From Protoeuglena noctilucae (taxonomy: Eukaryota): DNA of 64,000 nucleotides. Shown here in pieces: positions 47,647-58,800 of this stretch; within the stretch, counting starts at the first letter, position 1, and each line of letters opens with the position of its first letter. Below the pieces are notes generated by a model that had not been told where the DNA came from, searched no databases, and saw only the letters and a list, made by a program, of their open reading frames with translations. The translations under genes and the position numbers were made by a program. The stretch is from the NCBI GenBank assembly GCA_958009085.1, contig OY253690.1, positions 62,001-126,000 of the forward strand, in the 5' to 3' direction.

Positions 47647-49795
47647 TCAAGGATGGAGGATGCGTCCGACGAGGAATTCGATCTCCGCGTCCACGAGCTC
47701 CCAGTCGAGCGAGGTTGGTCCGAACGTGGGGAGCCCGTACACGGACTCTCGCCGGGAGGCGCGGCGGTAGGGGAACGGGTTGCCCTCCTGCACCCCGCTG
47801 TAGAGGTGCTTGCTGACCTCGCTGAGGATCTGGTAGTCGTAGAAGTGCCAGTCCGCGGCGAAGAGCTCCATCACGGCGCCGTGGCGCGGCATCCAGAGCA
47901 GGTTGGTGAGCCCGTTGCCGTGCACGCCCACCATGAGGTTGACGTGGGCCGACAGCCGTACCTGCTCGGCGACCGTCATGGCGTCGAACTGCATCACCTC
48001 CAGCGCCACGCCATGCCGCACGAGCATCAGCGTCTCGAGGCGAACGATGTCCTCGTCGCTCAGCTCCCGCAGGCTGTGCGGCCGACGCACGTACACGGCC
48101 CGGAGCTCCCCGGGGGAGCTGGGCCGGGCCTTGGGCGTGGCCCCCGCGGCCCGGCACACGGCGGCGTAGAACTCCGGGAACCAGGCCGTCGCGGGCAGCA
48201 CCGAGTGCTCCAGGGCCTTGTTGATGCGGACGGCCGTGCGGGGGAGGTTGAGGGCCATGCCGTGTTTGGACGCGACCACGGCGGCGTCGAGGCGGCCGTT
48301 GCCGCTGGTGACGACGCGGGCCCCCGGGAAGAGCGCGGAGACGAAGAAGTCGTGGATGGGGGGGTTGTAGGCAGCGGGGTCGACCACGGCCACCTCGACG
48401 CGACGCCAGCCGCGGTCGGGCCCGCCGTACTCGCGGGACCAGGTGAAGAGACCCAAGAGGCACTCGACGGCGTGGTAGTAGTGCCCGTTGCAGAACCAGT
48501 CCTGTGCCTGGAGCACCACGCCGTATTTCGCTGACCAGTCGAGGGCGTGGCGGGCGGGGCGGGTCGCGTCGGTGACGCGCATGTCGTCTCGGAGCATGAA
48601 GGTCTGGTCAGGCTCGAAGCCGGCTTGCGGGAAGTCGGGGGGCAGGACCCAAAGGGCCGGGGGGTCGATGAACAGGCCAGCCTCGAAGGTCTGTTGCTCT
48701 GCGGGGGGCGGAGAGGGGGGGGGTGGGGTGGTGAGAGAGGCTGCATAGCGTGGTGGTGGGCAGAGCAAGGCAAGCGGCGGAGACGAGGAGCGATGGGGTC
48801 GGTGTGAGAACGACCGAGTTGGACCGAGTTGCAGGGTAGATGTGGCGAGCAAGGGGGATGCAGGGAGCGTGCGCGAGAAGGGTGTCGAGGAGAGTGCCTT
48901 TGCTAGCGCGTGACGCAGCCCATCACACCCACGCCTCGCCTGCGTACTCCATCAGCGTCGGTTCGTGCGCTTCGACATCGACTCCCGCCTCTGCTAAAAA
49001 GGCAGGGACCACCTCTGCCAGCCGCTGGCCCTCCCACAGGCGAAAGACCAACGGATCACGGTGCCCCGGGACGGTCACGTCGAACGACAGAACGGGCATG
49101 AAGCGGTACTCCTTGACGAAATCCGCGACTTCGCCAACGATGTGCTCGGGCCCGCACTGCGCCCGCGAGTCGGGATGGCGTGTGTGATGGCGCGCCACGC
49201 TGGCCTGCCCACCCCCGCGACGCGAGGAGGCTCGATTGATTGGGGACGCCTATCCGCGCATCTTACCTCTTCCTTCCCGGCCGGCACGCGCGTGCTGACG
49301 TCCAGACCCTTGAACAGGGGCAGCGCACACGTCCCGCCATCGTCCTTGTTGACGATCACCGACCACTCCGCCAGGCGATGCTCCAGCACAGCCTGCGGAT
49401 TCAGCGAGAGGAGCATAACTGAACTGCAGAAGCGTCCTGGGCCCGCGAGTCGCCTCCGCGGCGCGGCACGCGTTTCGTCTCGCCTCTCGTACAGCCTCCC
49501 GCGCCAGGGACTCGAAGTGGGCCCCCTTGTCGCGATGCTCCTTGATGAACGGCTTGAAGGCCTCATCCAGCAGCTCCGTGCCGGACTGGCCGAAGGGATA
49601 GGTCCGGCCCGCGACCGCAATCGTGGTCTGCGGCGGTTGCCATGCCGACGCTCCCCTGGCGCCGAGCCTGGGGAGAGGCGGGTCGAGCGGACGTGAATAG
49701 GTACTGTTCGCTTTCGAGCGCCAGCACGCGCGTTCCGCGGATGCCGCCGCTCACCCCAGCAGCCCGAGCGCTGCGAGCAGGACGGACAGGAGCAT
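47647..49795 (-). CDS. Glycosyltransferase family 61-like protein with signal peptide (paralog B)
   Basis: MLLSVLLAALGLLGLGARGASA; WFCNGHYYHAVECLL; QFDAMTVAEQVRLSAHVNLMVGVHGNGLTNLLWMP..VMELF; about five exons. Confidence 0.85.
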
Positions 49796-50358
49796 CACCC
49801 CTGCTCAGTGGCTTCCTGACGCAAGATTATCACGCATCTCGACGTCGCGAAGTCACGGGCAGTGGCGCCCAGAAGATCGGGGCGCAGGGCTTTAAGCAGC
49901 CCCCGCCGGTCGGACCCGGTCCACTGCATTCCAGCGCCTGGCTGACGAGGATCGCGCCCGGTCGATAGACGGCGTCGCCACTCCGTGTGCGGATACATTA
50001 AAGTTAGACATATCGAGTGGATTGATCCTTTGGAAAACATACCGCTTGAGCCGCCCGGCAAGCCCGCAACAGTCGTTAAGAGAAAAGGTGGCCAACCGGT
50101 GGGTCGTCGCCCATCATCCCCTCTCATCGTCGCAATGAAAGCCGCGTCTGCCAGGCGCTGCGGGCCTCACGCCCTCGCTGCGGCGGGGACGGGCGGTTTG
50201 ACCGACCTGGGCTCGCTGGGGCGGCAGTCCCCTCCGGCAGAAGCCCCGACGTGCGCGTCAGTGACTTGTTATCATGCCGGCGAGCGTGCGTCTTCTGGGC
50301 CCCGCCCGCAGGACAGCGCGCAAGGCGTTGGGCACGTTGAGAGGGGCGTTGGGCAGAA

Positions 50359-53300
50359 ATGGCCAAGCTTGCGTTCAAACACGCGTCCTTTGAGGGGCGC
50401 CACATTGGCGACAATGAGCTCCGGGCCATCGAGGTGGGCGGCCGCGCAGCGCTGCGGCGCGGGCGGATGCACGGGCCGAACTGTCGGCCGAGCTAGTTGT
50501 CACGCTCGCCCGGCGCCCCCTGCCCGCCCGCAGGAGTGCGACCTGGTGCTCGCGGAAATAGGGCACACGGAGCCCATCTACGAGGCCGCTCGGAGGTGCG
50601 CGGCGTTCGCCGTCGCTGCGGCGCGCGGGTTGTTTGCAGAAACAGCTGGGAAGGAACTGCGGGCCCCCTTTGACGCCCTTCCCGCTTGTTTTCCGGACCC
50701 CGCAGGATCAAGACGCAGATCTTGGGCGAGGCCGGGTGGTTCCATCTGAACCTGGGCAACCTGGACCTCGGGGACAAGGGCGCGGTGCAGGTGGCGCGCA
50801 TCCTCACGCACTCCCCGCACATGGGTGAGCGAGAGCTTATGTGGGGCTTGAGGGTTGGGAGATGATGGGGACTTTGATTGCTTTCAGTAACCGCCAACAG
50901 CAACAGCACCCTTAACACCAGGGGCGGCCTTGCGCATCGCCTGTGAGAGTGTGACATGGTTTTGATGTCATCTGCTTTCCAATCGCCCGCAGTCAAGAAG
51001 GTCATGATGGAGGGCAACAAGATCGGTCCCGAGGGCGCCAAGGCCATGGCGCGGATGCTGGTGCACAACAAGGACATGATCGTGCTGGTCATGCAGTCCA
51101 ACGAGGTGAGTGAGTGAGTGATGGGTACCAGCAAGGGTGCTGGTGCACAACAAGGACGTGATTTACAACGTGCAATATGGCACCATCATCACCCGTCACC
51201 AACCAGGCCAAGCAAAGCACCTCTAGCCACCACCACCCCCTACCTCACCCCCCCTGCCCACTCACCCCTGCCCCTGCCCTCACGCCACCCCCACCGCCAC
51301 CCCCATCACCACCCCTACTGCCGCCCCCGCTGCCACCCCCACCGCCACCCCCACTGCCACCCCTATCACCACCCCCACTGCTACCCCCATCGCCACCCCC
51401 ACTTCCACCCCACTCACCCCCTTCACAGGTAATGGACGAGGGCGCGGCTGCCATCGCCGAATCCCTCCACGTCAACGCCTCCCTCGAGATCCTCGGCCTC
51501 CACACCAACTTCCTCACCGACAAGGCCGGGATCGCGTTGGGCGACATGCTGGCACACAACCGCAAGCTGCGCGTGCTGTCGATCAACCACAACGCGATCG
51601 GGGACGAGGGGGCGAAAGCACTGGGGGAGGGACTGAAGCATAATGCGAACCTGGAGGGTCTGTCGTTCAGTTTCAATTGCGTGACGGACGCGGGGGCGGT
51701 GGCGTTGGCTGAGGCGCTGCCACACAACAAGAAGCTGAGGCACCTGTGAGTGGGAGGGAGAGGGGGTGTTAGTAGTTGAGGCACCTGTGAGTGAAAATGA
51801 GGCTGGGGTGTTGAGAGCTGTGGCACCTGTGAGTGGGTGGTTTCGTAGTGGTGGAGGGCTAGGTGGCGGGGGAGAGCGGGGAGCAGTGGGCGTGTCAGAG
51901 GGCTGGTTTTGATGCCCACATCTTTCTCACTCCTTAACCCCCACCCCTCGCTCTCAGTTGGGTGAACGGCAACCCGGTGGGCCAGGAGGGCCTGGAGGCA
52001 CTGGACTGCCACGTGCGGTGCAACCGCACCATCCAGCAGATACGGCTCACGCTGCACGGTGAGTGGTGGATGGATACGGATAGATAGAGAGGGATAGAGA
52101 GAGAGTGTGTGTTTGGTAAGTACGGCAGTCGATTGTCACACTCACTCCCTCACCCACTCATCACTCCTCCCACTCACCATGACCACACTCACCCCCACCC
52201 CGTCACCCCACCCAGGCTACGACCAGTACCGAGAGATGGTCGACGACAGCACTCACCCAACGACACTAATTACACCATCTCACTCACTCTCCCCCATCCC
52301 CCATCCCCAGGCTACGACCAGTACCGAGAGATGGTGGACGAGAGCGCCGGCACGGGCTTCCAGGCGCTGGGCACCGGGCCCCACCGGACCAGCGTGGAGT
52401 ATCGCAAGGACGTCCCCTACGCCCCCAAACTGCCAGAGATGGCTGTTTCAAACGACTCGGTGCGGCCGAGCGTGGAGGCGGCGTCGGGGCTGTTCACGCC
52501 CAGCCGGGGGCTCAGCGGGGAGGGGCAGAGGGAGGGGCAGGCGGAGGCGGTGCGGTGAGTGGTGTTGCTTTTGTTGAGTAGAGGGATGGGGGTGGTAGTG
52601 ATAGATAGTGATAGATGGGGCAGAGGGAGGGGCAGTGCGGTGAGTGAGGGGTGGGGGGTGGGGTTGAGAGGTGGTGATGCGGCGTGGTGGTGGTGGTGGC
52701 GTGCTGTAGTGGTGACGTGTTGGTTCACCCTTATGTATCCTCACCAACCCCACCCCTTCTCACCCCCACCCCCAGTGCCCTCTTCAAGCCCGACAGCGCC
52801 CACCCAACCTACCGCTCTTGTCACCCCCAGTGCCCTCTTAAACTCACACCCACCCCTGTCCCTTACCCCTCCTCACCCCCAGTGCCCTCTTCAAGACCGA
52901 CAGCGCCATCTCCCAGGCATGGTCAGCTGTCCCCGGTAACACCCACAGCCACAGCACCGCCCACCCCAACCCCAACCCCTACTATGACGCATCCACTGCC
53001 GCCTCCGCCACCCTCACTAGCGGTGCTACCCGCACCAGTGGTGGTGCTGGCGCGAGCACGGGCGCTAGCATGAGCGCTGCAGGTGCGGGTGTGGGTGCGG
53101 GTGCGGGTGCAGGTGCGGGTGCGGGTGTGGGTGTGGCAGCCATGGGCAGCAGCGGTGGGGGTGGTAGCGGTGTGGGTGGCGTGGCGAAGGGTGCGGTGGG
53201 TGGTAAGGTGGAGGTGGTGGGCGAGGTGGATGAGGGGCGGGACGAGGATGGGTTTGCGGATGCGCGATCAGATGTGGGATTGGGGGAGTTGGAGGGAGAT

Positions 53301-54077
53301 GAGGAGGGGGAGGAGAGGGAGGGGACCGAGTCGGAGCGGTACACGCCCATGGTGAGAGACGATTGGTTATGAATGTATTGGGTTGTATATGAGTTGGATA
53401 TATATGAGTTATATATGGGATGTGAGGGAGGGGACGGAGTCAGAGCGGTACACGCCCATGGTGAGACATCGATGGGTTTGCTATAAGATATGAATTGGTT
53501 GTTGTAAATGAGTTATATATGAGTTGTATATGAGATGCATCGGATGTGGGGTGAGAGTCGGGGCTGTACACGCCCATTGTGAGATGATCATGAGACGGGA
53601 GATGATATGTGGATGGACAGGATAAATATATCGGTTAGCAATTCATACAGCCTCCATCCATGCTCACCACCTTAGCGACTCCCGCATCTGGCAGACCCAC
53701 ACCCACACTGTCACCCACTCACTAGCCATCACTATCACTCACTCACTCACTATCTCTTATTCATTTCTCTCCTTCATTCCCCTTATCCACAGGTCCCTAA
53801 CGACTCCCGCATCTGGCAGGCCCACACCGGGGCCTGGGGAGCGGGTGCCCAGCGGGCCATCCACACCGCAACCCGCGCCTCTGATGTCGGTGCCACACCC
53901 ACCCCCCTCCACCCCGCCCCGCACCCCCGCTTCAGCCCTAGGGGCCCTTTGGGAGGTTTCCGGGAGAGCTTGGATGCTCGCGCGAGGAGCAAGGGCGTGT
54001 CGCTGGATGTGGGGGGGCAGAGGGACAGGCGCATCACGGTGGACTTTGGGGGTCCGCCGCCCAGGGCGATCAAGTGA
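50359..54077 (+). CDS. Ribonuclease-inhibitor-type (28-aa) leucine-rich repeat protein with a low-complexity C-terminus
   Basis: Repeats NKIGPEGAKAMARML, LRVLSINHNAIGDEGAKALGEGL, FNCVTDAGAVALAEAL. Eight exons splice in frame; ends PPRAIK-TGA. Confidence 0.85.
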
Positions 54078-54902
54078 GGGAGATTGGGTGGGGGTGGTGG
54101 TGGTGGAGGTGGTGGTGGGGATGGGTGTTGATGGGCGGGGGGGGTGGGTTGCAACAAGGGAGGTGGAGGTGGGATGATGCGTTAATGGGAAGGGTGGGAC
54201 TGCATGGGAGGTCTGCGTTGTGAGCTGAGGGGGTGCGTTGGGGTGATGAGGAGGTTGGGATGGAGGGCGTGACTGGGGGCACACCGGCCACATTGTGCAA
54301 GTGTATATCTGTACAACGCGTGCGCATCTGTGCAGCACGCACGCGCACAGCTGTGCCGCACCCCACCCGTCCTGACCCTGCCGCCTCTCCGCGACCCCAC
54401 AGCGCGCGCCCCGTGCTTTCCCCTCTCCCCTTCACTTACTACTTCTCTGTCCCAAGCATGCGAGCTGCGACACGGGCAGAGCCACGCACTCTCATGTTAC
54501 CCGCCCACGCACACTGTAAACTCACAAGCTGTGGGCAATGGCAACTTGCTTACCCTTTCCGCGTGCCGAATAACTACTAGATACCTGCCAAGTCACTAGA
54601 TATAATAACTGCCGAGTAACTGCTGCCAAGAGTCGCTGCCTTGCGAAACACCCACGGATCTCGCAGCGCCTTTCAAAAGAGCGCCTACCCCAGACCTCTC
54701 GTCTTGAGGTCATCGCCTGCTGCGTTTTTCCCCATTCGCGTCCTTTTCTCGCGTCCTTTTCGCACGAAACATGTCGCATGTCGCGCTTGTGTCATGGCGA
54801 ACCCCCGCCACAGCTGCGCTCGCCAGCGCTCTCGGCCTTTCAAACCCTTGCCGCGCATTTCCGGACCCTATGAGGGTGCTCTATGAGGGTGGAGTGCATC
54901 AG

Positions 54903-54977
54903 TCAAAAGCACGTCTCGTTTCCTGCTCCTGTCAAAGCACGTCTCGTTCCTTGCTCCTTTCAGAGCACGTCACGTTG
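54903..54977. repeat. About 28-bp tandem repeat, roughly 2.6 copies (TCAAAGCACGTCTCGTT..TGCTCCT)
   Basis: Read directly; intergenic. Confidence 0.8.
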
Positions 54978-55893
54978 TGCAGACACGCGTGTGTCGGGCC
55001 ATCACAACTAACCAACAGGCTATGAGCCCGAGATAAAAGAGTGCTGACTGTTCTAACTGACTAGGCGGGCTTGTGTGTCGGAGATGGAAGAGAGATGGGC
55101 AGAAAGAGAGGGTGTTGAGACGTTGAGACTCAGACGGAGGGGGGAGATGAGATGGGAGATGAGCGTGGGGGCGGAGAGTGCGTGGGTGCGCGCAAAAGTG
55201 GGGTGGTCAAGTGGCTGTGAGCGGCATATTTAGTGAATGGTTTTCTTAAACATGTCATGTGCGAGCATGTTGCGGTTGGCAGGCAGCGTTGCCTGGGCCG
55301 CTCCGTGCGCCGTTGTCGCCTTTCCAGCTCCCAGCTGCTTTAACCCTTTGGTTGTTAGGGTCCCGTCCCTTCCCGTCCCTTTCCAGCGCCTTTGCGCCTT
55401 TCCGTGTTCGCATAACACTGCTCTCGCATACTCCTGCATGTTTGCAAGAGACTTTCCATGCAAAAGCGAAGATCACGGATCATCGGTTCACGGACCAAAC
55501 CCTGGGCAGGGACTGGCGCTTGAAACGAGGCTGGTAGACGCTGTCAGTGTTCTCGAGGCAATCAATGCGAGAGTGGGCGGAGATGAAAATTGAGACATCG
55601 GGACGACAACGATGGCGCAATGGTAAGGAACGATTGCAAGTAACGATGACCCCAAATGCCTTCAAGGCATGTCTCTAATCGCTCATCATCATCTTTACAA
55701 ATATCCGTAAAGCACTACCGCGCTGGCAGCAGCACAGGTACTATCGACAAATGTTACCGCCAATCGCGAGCAAGAGGCTAAAGGCTACCAACCAGCTACT
55801 CTGAAAAGAGAGACTTCTGCTTCTCGACAAGTCCTGAGCCGCTATAGATATATATATCGACTATCTATATATGCATCGCTGTATGAACTGCCA

Positions 55894-58800
55894 TCACGCG
55901 TCTTCCGTGAACGAGGGGGCCTGGTTGCTAAAGATCTGGGGGGGTGGGGAAGGGGGTGGGGTGAAGCGAGGGAGAGCGGTGATGGGGTGAGTTTACGAGT
56001 AATTTGAAACATCAATTTGAAGCATACTCACAATAATCCCATCTCCCATACCAGTCCCCAATCACTCGTCTCATCCGCCAAGCTCCCCTCGATTGCCAGC
56101 CACCGCGCGTGCTCCCTCACCCACACCCACAGCCACGCTCACTTCACGTGTTGCTAACAACAGCCCCTCTCAATCACTATAGACACGAGTAACCTATCAC
56201 TCGCCTCATCCGCCAAGCTCCCCTCGATTGCCAGCCACCGCGCGTGCTCCCTCACCCACACCCACAGCCACGCTCACTTCACGTGTTGCTAACAACAGCC
56301 CCTCTCAATCACTATAGACACGAGTAACCTATCACTCGCCTCATCCGCCAAGCTCCCCTCGATTGCCAGCCACCCTGCGTGCTCCCTTAACACCGCCTCC
56401 CTCGCCGCCCCCATCACCGCCGCCGCCCGCTCCAGCGACCCCCCCGCCCCCGGCAGCCGCGTATTCGATCCCTTTCTGTCCTTTTTGTCCCTTTCACCGG
56501 CGAGGATCGAAGCCCGCGCCTGGGCCAGGGCGGTGGCGGCGCGGCGCTCCAAGGCGGCAAAGGCGGACGACGCCTGAGATGGGGTGGCCTGGGGTGGAAA
56601 AGTGGTTTTCTCAGAAAAAAAGGTAAATGATAGGTAAATGGGAGGGTGAGGGGCATGGGAGTGAGTGCAAGTGAGAGGGCAGCGAGAGCGGGTGACGACT
56701 GCGACGGGGTGGCCTGGGGGTATGGAAAGGGAGAGGGGCATAATCGAAGTGACTGTAAGTTACAGTAACAGTAAGCACGGGAGTAAGAGAGAGGGGTTGG
56801 TGTGTGCGGGACAGTGCTGTCTCACCCCACCCCCCCATCGCATCTCACCCCCCTCACCCTCACTGCCCACCCCACCCCACCCCACCCCACCCCTCACCCT
56901 CTCCATCGCCCGTCGCAACTCCTCATCCATCTCCACGAAATCCCTCGCCACTTTTCTCGCCGTGATGGTCGCGCACGCCAGTTGCTTTGCCCTACGCCGT
57001 ATCTCGTGCGCCCGGTGCTTGGGGGGGAGCTTGGAGAGAGATGGCTGGGATGGGGGGGAGGAGTGGGGGAGATATAAAACGTTTTTGATTGGTTAATTAG
57101 GTCATGTAGTAGTTCATGTGTGACTATATTTATCGCATGTTGTTATTTATGGTAATAGATGGCATGGTATCGCCCTGACTGTGGCCCAATCACTACATGT
57201 AAGTATAATCATCATAATAATAAATCATTATCACTTAATCGCATTCCCCAATCCAATTCGCTCACCGCGATGCCTGGGTCGCTCATCACGGCGGCCTCGG
57301 ATGAGGCGTACAAGTCACGCAGCCACGCCACGACCTGTGGGGCAGGGTTAGAGAGGTGGTAAATGAGAGTCGAAGATACGTGGTAGGGACAGAGAGGTGG
57401 TGGATGTTAGTTGGCGATATGTGAGCGTAGTGAGTGTGGCATACACGTCACGCAGCCACGCCACCACCTGAATGGGGGGTGAGGGGGGGGGGGGTGGGGA
57501 GTAGAGAGTTAGCGATATGTGAGTGTAGTTATTACAAATTATATGAATAAGATCACAGTTGGTGATAAAGTCGCACCCTCTCCCACTCCCTCCCACTCTC
57601 ACTATCACCACCCCCCCCTCCCCCCACCCCCCTCCCCACCCAACTCACCCGCACCCTCGCCGCGCCCCTCTCCTCCCCGCTCCCCGCCTCCGCCCATTCT
57701 TTGACAGAGTCCGCATCCATGAGCATCGCCTCACACAGAGTCGCCTCGTCCTCCACAGCGATACGGGCGATGTGGTCGCGGAGACACAGGGCCTGGGGGG
57801 GGTTAAAGGGGAAGTTGTTCGTAGTAGTTAATGGAAGTGATTGCGGCACTGTTATGGTGCATCGGTAATACAGTTGAATATAGTAAGCAGCATCTTCCAC
57901 GGCAATGCGGGCGATGTGGTCGCGCAGGCACAGGGACTGGGGGGGAAGGGGAATGCGAGCAGTTATGCTGTTGATGTGGTGTGTGGACATGTATTGATAA
58001 AAGCGGCCTATATTAGTAGCATAATCACTACCAAAATCAGTATCCCCATTCCCACGCACCAGCGCTTCCCTGCGCATCTCCCTCTGTGTCTCTGACACCC
58101 ATCACCATCACCATGACAATTACCATTCATTCTCTCAGTAACTATCAATATCACTCTTCCAATTATTGCTAACCACTCACCAGTGCTTCCCTGTGCAATT
58201 CTCTCTGCGTCTCTGACGCCCATCACCATCACCACCCTCACCATCACCCCCACTCTCACTATCACCATCACCATCACTCTCTTACTCTCAGTCACTCTTT
58301 TAGTACTTATTAATACTAACCACTCACCAGCGCCTCCCTGTGCAATTCTCTCTGCGTCTCTGATACCCTCTCCTGCCCCCTGGCCGGGTCCCTCCGGAAC
58401 GCCACGCTGCCCTCCACCTCCCCCAATGCTCTGTTTAAATCCGATTCCGCCCTCGCCCACAGATCCGCGTGAAGCGACGCGCGGGTGGGGGGGTCGGACC
58501 AACTCAGGCGCAACTGCGGTGGGTGCGTGGGGGTGGGTGGCAATGGGTGAGTGAAGAGAGCAAGGTACGTTGACGTTGAATATGAATACAGCGACTGATG
58601 ATAACACCACATATACAAAATAGTTTATACACTACACATGCCATCTACATCTCTAAACCCCATCCCCACCCCACTCCTCTCGCCTGCGTGACGGGGTCGC
58701 TCGCCACGTACCGCCGCACCAGCCCCTCCACCATCAGAGCACGAACCGCCCCGGCCAGCGCCTCCGCATCCATCCTCGCCAAAGCACGTTCCCCGCACCC

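Noticed and set aside
56061..56390. Echo arrays as CRISPR-like repeat-spacer arrays
   Set aside because: Repeats are exon-derived, only 2-3 copies, differ per locus, no cas genes, and the context is eukaryotic.
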